A stretch of DNA of 52,915 nt from Candidatus Nealsonbacteria bacterium (GCA_003560665.1 PWKK01000028.1:1-52915); one strand, 5' to 3'; positions 20,419-30,271 are shown, numbered from the stretch's first letter. Program-made: numbers and translations. The notes: generated from the letters alone by a model not told the origin.

Positions 20419-21501
20419 CTATCCCACCATCCTTTTAAGCTCGGTGGGGTTTCTTGAGTAACTCAGTGCACTTTTTAGTGTAATCTCTTTTTCTTTAACA
20501 AGGTTAAAGAGTGATTTGTTTAGGCTAATCATTCCTTTTTCACTGGAAGTTTCGATTACCAGATCAATTTCATGAACCTTGTTTTCTCTAATCAGGTTGG
20601 AAATAGCAGGGCTTGCAGTCATAATCTCACAGGCAGGAACGAGTCCTCCCTTGATTCCGGGAATAAGTCTTTGTGAGATAACACCGATGAAAGTTGATGA
20701 CAGCTGTGATCTTATTTGGCCTTGCTGTTCGAACGGAAGAGTATCGATAATACGATGGATCGTCTGACTTGCCGAGTTGGTGTGTAATGTCGAGAACACG
20801 AGATGTCCCGTTTCCGCAGCGGTAATTGCCGTAGAAATGGTAACCGGGTCTCTCATTTCTCCAACCATAATTACGTCAGGGTCCTGACGAAAAACAGACT
20901 CCAAAGCTCGGGGAAAAGAAAGTGCATCCTGGTGAATTTCTCTTTGATCGACAAGAGAACAACCCTCTTTAAAAAGATACTCTATCGGATCTTCAATGGT
21001 AATAATGTGCTTAAAATTTTCTTTGTTTATTTTGTTGACAAGAGCAGCAACAGTGGTTGACTTTCCATGTCCTGTTGGTCCGGTAACAAGAACAAAGCCC
21101 TGAGCGTATTCACAAAGCTCATAAAGAGAGGTCGGCATCCCAAGCTCTTCGAGAGTTGGAATTACACTGGGGATGAGACGCATTGCACAAGAAACTTCCC
21201 CTTTTTGAAAATAAACATTTACTCGGAAACGAGCTACCCCTCCGTAATTGTACGAAAAGTCGATCTCGTAGTTTTTCAAGAATTTTTCTTTTTGCTGGCT
21301 ATTCATCATCTCCATCACAATCTCCTTTGCATCATGAGATGTGATAGGAGCTTTTTTGGTGAGCGTAACTAGTTTTCCGTTTATTCTGATTATCGGTGGA
21401 CGAGAAACCGAGATGTGCAAGTCAGACGCACCTTCGTCAAGAGTTATTTGCAAAAGCTCTTCTAAAAAATTTTTATATTGATTTCCTTTTTCCATATGCA
21501 C
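20419..21501 (-). CDS. pilT: type IV pilus retraction ATPase
   Basis: Walker A GPTGHGKSTT, TIEDPIE, Walker B VGEMRD, His box STLHTN, AIRNLIRE-like AISNLIRE. Confidence 0.93.
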   Translation of the reverse strand: MHMEKGNQYKNFLEELLQITLDEGASDLHISVSRPPIIRINGKLVTLTKKAPITSHDAKEIVMEMMNSQQKEKFLKNYEIDFSYNYGGVARFRVNVYFQKGEVSCAMRLIPSVIPTLEELGMPTSLYELCEYAQGFVLVTGPTGHGKSTTVAALVNKINKENFKHIITIEDPIEYLFKEGCSLVDQREIHQDALSFPRALESVFRQDPDVIMVGEMRDPVTISTAITAAETGHLVFSTLHTNSASQTIHRIIDTLPFEQQGQIRSQLSSTFIGVISQRLIPGIKGGLVPACEIMTASPAISNLIRENKVHEIDLVIETSSEKGMISLNKSLFNLVKEKEITLKSALSYSRNPTELKRMVG

Positions 21502-21544
21502 ATACTATTTATTGAGCATAACGCCCCTTTTTTTTGCATTCATT

Positions 21545-22615
21545 TTATTGTGGATATTTTTCTCTTTCTCTTCCGTTAAGAGCTACCCCGAGAGCAGTAG
21601 AGTGCGAGCTGCTTATTCTCTCCAATTCTTCTCGTAGTGTTTCTGGGTAATTTAATCCTTCAAAACAACTCTTTTTGCTTACTTTTTTACCCACATCTTT
21701 TTCTGCATAATCAATCATGCCAGGAAGAAAAGAAAACTCTCCGGTAACAAGAACTTCATCAATCTTTTTTCCTTCCTTTTCTTCAAAAGAACTTATAACA
21801 TGCGAAATTTCCGAGAAAAGAGATGTAAGGGAAGGGAAAATAATTTTTTTAATCGTTTCTTCCTCTGCTCCATATTCCAACAACACATCTCTTGCTTCAT
21901 TGTATTCTATTTCAGCGTACTTTGCAACTTGTTTTGTCATCATACTTCCGGTAACTTCCAACCTCTGTGTCTTTTTCAAAGACCCGTTTTCGGCAATAGT
22001 AAGCATTGTGCCCTGCTCTCCGATATTAATAATGGCCGTTGTTTCTTTGATGTTCCCTGCAAGTGCTCTTATAAGAGAAAACATCTCTCCCTCAAGAGAA
22101 ATAATCTTCACCCCGGAAAGCCGAGATATCTCCTGATACTGACTAATGACTTTGTTTGGTATGGCGATAAGGTTAACCTTCCTTGGCTTTCCCTCCTCTT
22201 CTTCTTCCAAAAAACAGTCCAGTGCTGCATCTGAAACAGGAAAGGGGATGTACTGGCGGGAGTGAAGTTCAATCGCAGAAACAACCTCTTCTCGTTTCAT
22301 CGGTGGTATCGTAAAAAAAGCAAAAAAACTAACAAAATCAGGAATGGAAAAATATGCGTTTCTTGCTTTAATCTCCGCTTCTTTGAGGAGGTATTTCATT
22401 GCCTCTGCAATTTCATTGCTTGAATAAAAAAGAGACCATTCTGATTCTTTAACAGGGCTCTTTCCGGTAAAATCACGCATAAAAAGCTCTCCGTAGTTTT
22501 CTAAAGTTATTTCTTTCTCTCCTGATATTTCCACTATCTTTAGAGATGATTTTCCGATGTCTACTCCCAAAAATGTATTGGTCGAAGACTTTGAAAAAAA
22601 TGGAGTATTAAACAT
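21545..22615 (-). CDS. pilM: type IV pilus assembly protein PilM
   Basis: Actin-like fold LGVDIGKSSLKIVE, QYIPFP, INIGEQGT, VLVTGE; start moved to ATG 22615. Confidence 0.85.
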   Translation of the reverse strand: MFNTPFFSKSSTNTFLGVDIGKSSLKIVEISGEKEITLENYGELFMRDFTGKSPVKESEWSLFYSSNEIAEAMKYLLKEAEIKARNAYFSIPDFVSFFAFFTIPPMKREEVVSAIELHSRQYIPFPVSDAALDCFLEEEEEGKPRKVNLIAIPNKVISQYQEISRLSGVKIISLEGEMFSLIRALAGNIKETTAIINIGEQGTMLTIAENGSLKKTQRLEVTGSMMTKQVAKYAEIEYNEARDVLLEYGAEEETIKKIIFPSLTSLFSEISHVISSFEEKEGKKIDEVLVTGEFSFLPGMIDYAEKDVGKKVSKKSCFEGLNYPETLREELERISSSHSTALGVALNGREREKYPQ

Positions 22616-22777
22616 ACAGGTAGTTGTCTTTTTAAGAATAGATGATTCCCACAATATTGCAATAGAATTACTCTATAATCCTACGTCTTTTTTCTTTAAA
22701 AGAACCCTGCTTCTCGCAATTTTTCCGAAAAAATAAGCACCTTTAGAGTGCTTATTGTTTTTGTCTGTGATCTTCTT

Positions 22778-24166
22778 TTATTTGAGAAAATTAATCCCCA
22801 ATTCTTTTAGGTGTTCTTTGTCCAGCTTAGAGGGAGACCCCATCATCAAGTCCTTTCCTTCTCCCGTTTTCGGAAAAGCAATTACTTCTCTGATATTTGG
22901 TTCGTTTTGGAGAATCATAACAATACGATCAATTCCGGGAGCAAATCCACCGTGTGGGGGGGTTCCGAATTTAAAAGCCTCCAACATGTGCCCAAATCTT
23001 CGCTTTTGTTCTTCTTTGCTCATTCCAAGAAGTTGAAAAACACGCTCTTGCATGTCGGACTTGTGGATTCGAATACTTCCCGAGCTTAGCTCATAGCCAT
23101 TCAAAACAAGATCATACGAGTTTGCACGTATTGAAAATATATCTTCTCCTTTCATGAACTTCTCTTCATCTTCTTCTTTTACGGAACAGAAAGGGTGGTG
23201 TGTCGTTGTAATCTTCCCTTCCTTGTCCTTCTCAAACATCGGAAAATCGGTAATCCAGGCAAATGCAAGTTCATCAGGATTGCTCTTATCTTCACGAAGG
23301 TCGGGCTTATCGTTTCCGTGTTTTTTTATTACTTCACTATAGGTAATTTTTGGGAAAGGCTTGGCGGTTATCTTTTTTTTAGGATACAAGGTCTCTACAA
23401 GCTTAGTAAACATTTCTTCGGTAAATTGCAACACATCTTCTTGCTTTACAAAAGCCATTTCATAATCAAGCTGTGTAAATTCGGGTTGGCGGTCTCCTCG
23501 TGTGTCTTCGTCCCGAAAACACCGGGCTACCTGGAAATACTTTTCAAAACCCGCAACCATGCACAGTTGCTTAAACTGCTGCGGAGACTGAGGAAGAACA
23601 TAGGCTTTCCCTTTTTCCAGTCGTGACGGCACCGCATACTCTCTCGAGCCCTCGGGAGTTCCTTTCATTAAAATCGGTGTTTCTATTTCCACAAATCCAG
23701 CAGCGTGCATATATTCACGAAAAAAACTTATTATTTTGTCACGCATCCTGATGTTTTCCTGCAATCGCGATGTTCGCAGATCAAGATAACGGTATTTTAA
23801 GCGCACGACCTCATCAACACTTGAGGTGTCTTCGGCTAAATCAAACGGTGGTGTTTCCGCCTCGTTTAATATTTCTATTTCTTTTATCTCTAATTCAATT
23901 TCTCCGTTTTGTTTGTCTTTTTGAACGTTTTTCTCGGGTCTTTTGTTGACGCTACCTTTGATCTTCACCACAAATTCAGGTCTGATTTTTTTTCCAGTTG
24001 CCATCGCTTCACTTCCGGGAAGAACAACGCCTTGTACCCATCCACTTCCATCACGAATGTCAAAAAAAACAAGTTTCCCTTGATCTCGACGAACACTGAT
24101 CCACCCTGAAACAGAAACTTGTTCGCCTACACATTTATTTAGATTTTTAGTTAATGTTCTTTTCAT
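22778..24166 (-). CDS. aspS: aspartyl-tRNA synthetase, short form lacking the GAD insert
   Basis: OB fold RRDQGKLVFFDIRD, motif 1 EIETPIL, motif 2 CFRDED..DRQPEFTQLD, motif 3 PPHGGFAPGIDR; start could be 24166 or 24181. Confidence 0.95.
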   Translation of the reverse strand: MKRTLTKNLNKCVGEQVSVSGWISVRRDQGKLVFFDIRDGSGWVQGVVLPGSEAMATGKKIRPEFVVKIKGSVNKRPEKNVQKDKQNGEIELEIKEIEILNEAETPPFDLAEDTSSVDEVVRLKYRYLDLRTSRLQENIRMRDKIISFFREYMHAAGFVEIETPILMKGTPEGSREYAVPSRLEKGKAYVLPQSPQQFKQLCMVAGFEKYFQVARCFRDEDTRGDRQPEFTQLDYEMAFVKQEDVLQFTEEMFTKLVETLYPKKKITAKPFPKITYSEVIKKHGNDKPDLREDKSNPDELAFAWITDFPMFEKDKEGKITTTHHPFCSVKEEDEEKFMKGEDIFSIRANSYDLVLNGYELSSGSIRIHKSDMQERVFQLLGMSKEEQKRRFGHMLEAFKFGTPPHGGFAPGIDRIVMILQNEPNIREVIAFPKTGEGKDLMMGSPSKLDKEHLKELGINFLK

Positions 24167-24194
24167 AAGTATGTTTGGCAAAAAGATTTTTTTG

Positions 24195-24277
24195 CGGAGG
24201 GGGTGAGATTCGAACTCACAAGTCCTTGCGGACGGCGGTTTTCAAGACCGCTGGAATAGCCGTTATCCGACCCCTCC
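24195..24277 (-). tRNA. tRNA-Ser(TGA)
   Basis: Acceptor GGAGGGG/CCCCTCC + G73; loop CT-TGA-AA; long variable arm. Confidence 0.92.
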
Positions 24278-24375
24278 TCTTTTTTAGATGAAGAAGGTAG
24301 AATTCGCTCAGAATTCCGCTGGTTGCACCCGATAAAAATATCGAACACACATCTTGTAGAAGAAAATCCTGTATG

Positions 24376-24461
24376 CGGAGAGGGAGGGATTCGAACCCTC
24401 GGTGCGTATTAGGCACAACACCTTAGCAGGGTGCCCCGTTCGTCCGCTCCGGCACCTCTCC
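24376..24461 (-). tRNA. tRNA-Ser(GCT)
   Basis: Acceptor GGAGAGG/CCTCTCC + G73; loop CT-GCT-AA; long variable arm. Confidence 0.93.
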
Positions 24462-24591
24462 TAAATCGTTGTTATTATATCACATTTATCTAAAATATCC
24501 ATGAAGATTCCTTTGAAAGTCTAACTCCTTCCCTGTGAAGAATTGTAAAAACAGCCCTTTTCCGTTATAATTACAAAGATTAAAAGAGCTT

Positions 24592-24663
24592 GTCCCTGTA
24601 GTTTAATGGATAAAACGTGGCCTTGCGGAGGCCATAATCGAGGTTCGAGTCCTCGCGGGGACA
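24592..24663 (+). tRNA. tRNA-Arg(GCG)
   Basis: Acceptor GTCCCTG/CGGGGAC; anticodon stem TGGCC/GGCCA with loop TT-GCG-GA. Confidence 0.92.
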
Positions 24664-24673
24664 CTACAAAAAT

Positions 24674-26773
24674 ATGAATTTCTCTACTCCTGTTTCGAAA
24701 ATTCCGAATATCGGTCCGGCCTATCAAAAAAAGCTGGAACGATTAAAAATTAGAACTGTTGCCGATCTTCTCTTTCACTTCCCTTCTCGTTACGAAGACT
24801 TTTCGAAAAGAGATTCTATTTCATCTATCTATCACAAAGGAAGATATACTGTCTTGGGAAAAATAACACAAGTTTCGTCGGGAAAAACCGCACACCGTAA
24901 ATTCTCCTTTGCGAAAATTACGATAAAAGATTCTACCGGCAGGATAGGAGCCATCTGGTTTAATCAACCCTACCTAACAAAAACACTCGAAAAAGGCGAT
25001 CAACTTCTGCTTTCGGGGAATGTGGATTACTCTAAAGACGGATTGCAGTTTATAAACCCTTTCTACGAAAAGATAATTAAAGGAAAGACGCTGGAAAACA
25101 AAATTGTTCCTGTTTACCCGGAAACCGAAGGGGTTTCTTCAAAGTGGCTCCGTTTTATCATTAAACCGGTTCTCAACGAAATAGAAGATAAAATTCAAGA
25201 AACCCTTCCCGAAGAAACAGTTAGAGAGAAAACCCTTTACTCTCTTCCCAGAGCATTAAGGGAAATCCACTTTCCTTCTTCCTCTTCTTCTCTAAAGGAA
25301 GCACAAAGAAGAATTTCTTTTGAACGCTTATTCCTTCTGCACCTCTCTCTTTTAAGGCAAAAAATAAATCTTTCTCGGCAAAAGAGCGTCCCTATCCCGA
25401 CCGATATCGAGAAAGTGCAAGACCTTGTTTCCAATCTTCCTTTTTCTTTAACCGATGGCCAAAAAAAAGCTTCTTGGCAGATATTGAAAGACATGGAAAG
25501 AAAATTTCCAATGAATCGACTTTTGGAGGGTGATGTCGGTTCAGGAAAGACGATTGTAGCCGTTATCGCCGCCCTTGTCGCTATTAAGGCGGGTCACCAA
25601 GTCGCTTTCATGGCTCCCACCGAAGTTTTAGCTCGCCAACACTTTGACGAAGTTGCCAAACTTCTTTGGCGCTTTAAAATTGATGTCGGCCTTCTCACCG
25701 GAAAAAAAGACAAGCTTCGTTCAAAAAAACTAAAAGGAGATACCGTGGAAATATCAAGAAAAAAACTTGTTGAAAAAGCAAAAAGGGGAGACCTTGACCT
25801 CTTGATTGGTACTCATACTCTTATCCAAGATTCGGTAAAATTTAAAAGTTTGGCCCTGGTTGTACTAGATGAACAGCACCGTTTCGGAGTAAAGCAACGA
25901 GCAAAACTTTGCCTTAAAGAGGATTCGGGAATTCCTCATCTTTTGTCAATGACGGCAACCCCAATTCCGAGAACCCTAGCTCTTACCGTTTACGGAGACC
26001 TTTCTCTCTCTGTAATAAGCGAGATGCCGAAGGAGAGAAAAAAGATAATCACAAAGCTTATTCCTCCAAAAAAAAGGAAGGAGGCGTATCTTTTTATAGA
26101 AGAGGAGATAAAAAAAGGAAGACAGGCTTTTTTTATCTGTCCGAGAATTGAAGAGGGAGAAGACAAGGCGAATTCTCCTTGGTCTGACTTAAAGTCAGTA
26201 GAAGAGGAGAAGGAGAGACTGGCAAAAGAAGTTTTTCCCGATTTCAAAGTGGAAATGCTTCACGGAAAAATGAAAGCAACGGAAAAAGAAAAAGTAATGA
26301 ACGAATTTAAGAGAAAAAAAACAAACATTCTTGTTTCCACTTCCGTTGTAGAGGTGGGGATTGATATAAGGAATGCGAGCGTGATGGTTATTGAGGGAGC
26401 AGAAATGTTCGGCCTAGCACAACTCCACCAGTTTCGAGGAAGAGTAGGAAGAGGAGAGTTCCAATCATACTGCTTTTTATTTACCACCTCTACCAGTGAA
26501 AAGACACGGAAAAGGTTACGAGCCCTTCTTACATCGGAAAACGGTTTTCAACTTGCGGAAAAAGATTTAGAAATTCGCGGACCGGGAGACTTCTTGGGAA
26601 AAAGGCAGTGGGGATCCGCAGACTTCACAATGGATGCACTTAAAAATCGTCCTTTAGTTGAAGAGGCAAGAGAAGCGGCAAAAAAAACTTTAGAAGAAGA
26701 CCAACAATTAAAAAACCACCCTTCTTTGAAAAAAAGAGTGGATTCTTTGAAAGAAAAACTTCACCTAGAGTAG
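24674..26773 (+). CDS. recG: ATP-dependent DNA helicase RecG
   Basis: Wedge domain, NRLLEGDVGSGKT, APTEVLA, DEQHRFG, MTATPIPRTL, QLHQFRGRVGR, DLEIRGPG. Confidence 0.97.
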   Translation: MNFSTPVSKIPNIGPAYQKKLERLKIRTVADLLFHFPSRYEDFSKRDSISSIYHKGRYTVLGKITQVSSGKTAHRKFSFAKITIKDSTGRIGAIWFNQPYLTKTLEKGDQLLLSGNVDYSKDGLQFINPFYEKIIKGKTLENKIVPVYPETEGVSSKWLRFIIKPVLNEIEDKIQETLPEETVREKTLYSLPRALREIHFPSSSSSLKEAQRRISFERLFLLHLSLLRQKINLSRQKSVPIPTDIEKVQDLVSNLPFSLTDGQKKASWQILKDMERKFPMNRLLEGDVGSGKTIVAVIAALVAIKAGHQVAFMAPTEVLARQHFDEVAKLLWRFKIDVGLLTGKKDKLRSKKLKGDTVEISRKKLVEKAKRGDLDLLIGTHTLIQDSVKFKSLALVVLDEQHRFGVKQRAKLCLKEDSGIPHLLSMTATPIPRTLALTVYGDLSLSVISEMPKERKKIITKLIPPKKRKEAYLFIEEEIKKGRQAFFICPRIEEGEDKANSPWSDLKSVEEEKERLAKEVFPDFKVEMLHGKMKATEKEKVMNEFKRKKTNILVSTSVVEVGIDIRNASVMVIEGAEMFGLAQLHQFRGRVGRGEFQSYCFLFTTSTSEKTRKRLRALLTSENGFQLAEKDLEIRGPGDFLGKRQWGSADFTMDALKNRPLVEEAREAAKKTLEEDQQLKNHPSLKKRVDSLKEKLHLE

Positions 26774-26809
26774 GTAAGATCTATAAAACTCAACCGTTAT
26801 CTGCCTAAA

Positions 26810-26887
26810 TGGTGACCCCAAGGGGATTTGAACCCCTGTTACCAGGATGAAAACCTGGCGTCCTGGGCCAAGCTAGACGATGGGGCC
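26810..26887 (-). tRNA. tRNA-Glu(TTC)
   Basis: Acceptor GGCCCCA/TGGGGTC + A + CCA; loop TT-TTC-AT. Confidence 0.93.
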
Positions 26888-26975
26888 CGATAAAAAGTCA
26901 AAACTACATTTTGTAATTATGCAAGCGGTATTGTAGTATAAGTCAAGAAAAAATGCAACTTTATTCTAAAAGAAA

Positions 26976-28127
26976 ATGATTATTTTAAGCATTGAGACAT
27001 CTTGTGACGATACGGGAATTTCTCTTGTTGAAAAAAGGAAAGGAGTTTTAAAAGCTCTTGCGAGCACTGTTTCCTCCCAGGACGAAATCCATAAAAAATG
27101 GGGAGGTGTTTATCCGTCTGATGCAAAAAGGGAGCACCAGAAAAACATCATCCCCTCTCTTAGAAAAACACTACAAAGCGCCGGTTTTTTATCAAAAGGA
27201 TCCGTTCCCATGCCAAAACAAATTCCAGAAATTCTTTCCCGAGAAACAATTCTTTTAAGAGAAGTTAAAAAATTCTTTGCCAAATACCACGTTAGTAAAA
27301 AAATAGACGCTGTCGCCGTTACCATCGGCCCGGGACTTGAACCGTGTTTATGGGTAGGAGTCAACTTTGCACGCGCACTTTCCCTTTATCTAAACACTCC
27401 GATTATTCCTGTAAACCACATCAAGGCACATATTCTGTTTTTCTTGTTTGAGAAGAAGAAAATTGACCTTCCCGCAATAGCTCTTATCGCCAGCGGAGGC
27501 CACACAGAGCTTGTTTTGATGAAATCTTTCTCTTCTTACAAGCTCATTGGAAAAACAAGAGATGATGCAGCCGGCGAATGTTTTGATAAAACAGCTCGTG
27601 TGCTGGGCTTGGGCTATCCCGGAGGACCTGCTATCTCATCGAGAGCCGGCAGATTCAACCCACAAAAATCAAAGTTTGAAATAAAACTACCGAGGCCGAT
27701 GAAGCACGCAAAAAACTATGATTTTAGTTTTTCAGGGTTAAAAACAGCTGTTCTTTATGATTTTCTCTCACGTAACAAAAAAACAAAAAACAGTGCAGAA
27801 TACATCTCTCAAATGGCTTACGAAGTGGAAGAGGCGGTAACCGATATCCTTGTTTTTAAGCTAAAAAAAGCAACAGAAGAAAAGGGCGCAAAAACATTGA
27901 TTTTAGGCGGAGGAGTAACCGCAAACAAAACTCTTCAAGAAAAAATAAGAAGAATGAAGAAAGATTTTCCGGAAATCGACTTTTTCGTTCCTTCTGCTGG
28001 CCACGCGACAGACAATGCAGAAATTATCGGAGCGGCAGCCTCGGTCGACAAAACCAGAAAAAAACACCATGAAGTGAGGGCGAATGCGAATTTAAAAATT
28101 TATGGTAGTATAAACACGGATGATTAA
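26976..28127 (+). CDS. tsaD: tRNA t6A37 threonylcarbamoyltransferase
   Basis: ILSIETSCDDT, GPGLEPCL, NHIKAH, SGGHT, DDAAGECFDK, FSFSGLKT, TDNA. Confidence 0.96.
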   Translation: MIILSIETSCDDTGISLVEKRKGVLKALASTVSSQDEIHKKWGGVYPSDAKREHQKNIIPSLRKTLQSAGFLSKGSVPMPKQIPEILSRETILLREVKKFFAKYHVSKKIDAVAVTIGPGLEPCLWVGVNFARALSLYLNTPIIPVNHIKAHILFFLFEKKKIDLPAIALIASGGHTELVLMKSFSSYKLIGKTRDDAAGECFDKTARVLGLGYPGGPAISSRAGRFNPQKSKFEIKLPRPMKHAKNYDFSFSGLKTAVLYDFLSRNKKTKNSAEYISQMAYEVEEAVTDILVFKLKKATEEKGAKTLILGGGVTANKTLQEKIRRMKKDFPEIDFFVPSAGHATDNAEIIGAAASVDKTRKKHHEVRANANLKIYGSINTDD

Positions 28128-28133
28128 TTTTTT

Positions 28134-28838
28134 ATGATTTATTTTTCCCTTTTTGTTTTTGCCGTTCTTCCCAGCTTCTTGTGGCTTCTTTACTGTCTTA
28201 AAAAAGATGTTCACCCTGAACCGAAACACCTCATTCTTTATGTTTTCATCACCGGAGCAGTATTTGCCGTTATCGGTTATTTCTTCCAAAAAACAGTTGC
28301 TTCACTCCTCTTTTCTTTTTTTGAAAATATTCCTCTCTTAATATTATTTGCTCCTTTTTTTTATAAGTTTGTGGTAGTTGCTTTTTCTGAAGAACTTTTA
28401 AAATACCTGGCCTTCTTTTTTACCATTAGCAATCACCCCGAATTAGACGAACCAGTGGATCTTATAATCTACATGATTACCGCTGCTCTCGGCTTTGCGG
28501 CGCTAGAAAACTTCATCATCCTTTCATCCGTGGATATTTCCATGCAGGAGATGGCGAAAATTTCCGTCATCCGTTTTTTTAGTGGTACTTTTTTGCACGC
28601 CCTCACTTCCGGAATACTGGGAGGGTTCTTGGCTTTTTATTACCATTACAGTAAAAAATCAATACTGGTTTGGGGGATTGTTCTTGTTTCTTTTTTGCAC
28701 GGTATCTATAATCTGCTTGCTGAGAGAATCGATCAACTTCCTTTCTTTTTCCTTCTCCTTTTCTTCTTTTTTCTCCTTGCAACAGCCCTCACTCTGCTTA
28801 TCGAGAAAACAAAGAAAATGAAAAGTGTTTGCCAATAA
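28134..28838 (+). CDS. PrsW-family intramembrane metalloprotease
   Basis: Polytopic; EELLK, ALGFAALEN, HALT, HGIYN motifs. Confidence 0.9.
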   Translation: MIYFSLFVFAVLPSFLWLLYCLKKDVHPEPKHLILYVFITGAVFAVIGYFFQKTVASLLFSFFENIPLLILFAPFFYKFVVVAFSEELLKYLAFFFTISNHPELDEPVDLIIYMITAALGFAALENFIILSSVDISMQEMAKISVIRFFSGTFLHALTSGILGGFLAFYYHYSKKSILVWGIVLVSFLHGIYNLLAERIDQLPFFFLLLFFFFLLATALTLLIEKTKKMKSVCQ

Positions 28839-28906
28839 GCTTAGACCGAAAAACTTGTCTTTTCTAAGAAAAAATGTTAGTTTTTAAGTGTTAACTAAAT
28901 TTAATT

Positions 28907-29305
28907 ATGAAGAAAAAAGAAGAAGAAAAATGGGAAACGGAAGCGGTTGAGGTTAAAAAGGAGGAAAAATCTTGGTCTAAAAAAGGTGGTCAACTTGCAG
29001 TAGATGTTTATGAAACAGAGGAAAGCATTATTATTCAAGCACCGGTCGCAGGGGTAAAGAAAAACGATTTAGAGATTGTCACCGAAAAGGACATGATAAT
29101 TATTAAGGGGAAAAGAGAGAGGCCCGGAAAAAAAGACATAAAGTGCTTTTACAATGAAGAGTGTTTTTATGGAGAGTTTCAAAGAGAGGTTATTTTGCCC
29201 GAAGAAACCGACCCTTCTCGTATTGAGGCTACGATGGAAGAAGGGGTGCTGATGATAGAGGTTCCCAAAATCGAAAGAGAGAAAAGAAGAAAGGTGGATA
29301 TATAG
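28907..29305 (+). CDS. Hsp20/alpha-crystallin small heat-shock protein
   Basis: VDVYET, APVAGV, IKGKRE, ECFYGEFQREVILP, ATMEEGVLMIEVPK. Confidence 0.93.
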   Translation: MKKKEEEKWETEAVEVKKEEKSWSKKGGQLAVDVYETEESIIIQAPVAGVKKNDLEIVTEKDMIIIKGKRERPGKKDIKCFYNEECFYGEFQREVILPEETDPSRIEATMEEGVLMIEVPKIEREKRRKVDI

Positions 29306-29323
29306 AATAAGTTGATAAATTAT

Positions 29324-29356
29324 AAAAACTGCGGAAAGAGAAACCGCAGTTTTTTT
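29324..29356. terminator. bidirectional intrinsic terminator
   Basis: AAAAACTGCGG...CCGCAGTTTTT between convergent hsp20 and tRNA-Leu. Confidence 0.8.
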
Positions 29357-29359
29357 GTG

Positions 29360-29443
29360 TGCCGGAGGGGAGACTTGAACTCCCACGGGGTTTCCCCCAC
29401 TGGCTCCTAAAGCCAGCGTGTCTGCCAATTCCACCACCCCGGC
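29360..29443 (-). tRNA. tRNA-Leu(TAG)
   Basis: Acceptor GCCGGGG/CTCCGGC + A73; loop TT-TAG-GA; long variable arm. Confidence 0.93.
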
Positions 29444-29464
29444 AAACCTACGTTATTATACAAC

Positions 29465-29496
29465 AAAACATCTCGGCCTAAAACCCGAGATGTTTT
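29465..29496 (-). terminator. terminator-like hairpin downstream of the pilin-like genes
   Basis: AAAACATCTCGG...CCGAGATGTTTT perfect 12-bp inverted repeat. Confidence 0.7.
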
Positions 29497-29516
29497 AACT
29501 AGCAAATTTCTCTTTT

Positions 29517-29846
29517 TTATGCTCCCCGAAGAAAGTTTTCCAGTAAAAGCATTACACCTCCGGCCATCAACATCACTACAATTCCTACAATTGACCACAT
29601 CACCATTTTCCTCGCTTGACTTATCTTATCATCATTACCCGCTGCAGTTATAAACATAAATCCCGCATAAAGGAACATTAAAACAACGAGAATTCCCAAA
29701 ATGGTCCACACATATCCCAAAATACTGCTTAAAAGGCCTACCAACTGGTCTGGGTGCGTTATAATCGGGGGTGGTCCTTGTGATAAAGCCTCACCTGCAG
29801 AAAGAAGCAGTAATCCAAGAGCTATAATAAAAAAGGTTTTTTTCAT
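29517..29846 (-). CDS. TrbC/VirB2-like pilin-family membrane protein
   Basis: Signal peptide plus two hydrophobic helices; AGFMFITAAGNDDKISQARKMVMWSIVGIVV. Confidence 0.75.
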   Translation of the reverse strand: MKKTFFIIALGLLLLSAGEALSQGPPPIITHPDQLVGLLSSILGYVWTILGILVVLMFLYAGFMFITAAGNDDKISQARKMVMWSIVGIVVMLMAGGVMLLLENFLRGA

Positions 29847-29903
29847 ATTTTCTTTATTTTTTTCAAGCGACCTTTCTTGTTTTTAACCTTTAACTTGTGC
29901 TTA

Positions 29904-29932
29904 ATGGTAGTAAAAATATCTCTCCGCGTCAA
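29904..29932 (-). promoter_or_regulatory. internal sigma70 promoter for the last pilin-like gene
   Basis: TTGACG (29932-29927), 17 bp, TACCAT (29909-29904). Confidence 0.6.
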
Positions 29933-29934
29933 GT

Positions 29935-30252
29935 CTACACTTCAAGAATGCTTTGAACAAGGAGAACCATTCCTCCCGAGAGCAATGCTACAACAACACC
30001 GATAACTCCGTATAAAACCATCTTGTTGGCCCTGGCAACTCTCTCAGGATTTCCCGCCGCTGTAATATAGAAGAATCCGGCAAAAAGAAACGCAATTATC
30101 GTTGCAACCATGAACACCCTCCAAAGCCAAGAAGTAATGTTCTCTAATACTTTAATGACGTCCTCTCCCGACTCAATTGCAAATGCAAAAAGAGGAAAGA
30201 AAAGAAACAGTAAAAGAACTAACTTGCCCTTTTTTATCAATATGTTTTTCAT
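29935..30252 (-). CDS. TrbC/VirB2-like pilin-family membrane protein
   Basis: AGFFYITAAGNPERVARANKMVLYGVIGVVVALL; paralog of its neighbours. Confidence 0.75.
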   Translation of the reverse strand: MKNILIKKGKLVLLLFLFFPLFAFAIESGEDVIKVLENITSWLWRVFMVATIIAFLFAGFFYITAAGNPERVARANKMVLYGVIGVVVALLSGGMVLLVQSILEV

Positions 30253-30271
30253 AAAAAATTAACCTTTTCTA

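Noticed and set aside
24278-24375. Possible ncRNA between the two tRNA-Ser genes
   Set aside because: No convincing extended pairing or known motif; best treated as a spacer.
28878-28899. CIRCE (HrcA) operator upstream of hsp20
   Set aside because: Only TTAGTT-N10-AACTAA is present; it does not match TTAGCACTC-N9-GAGTGCTAA in sequence or length.
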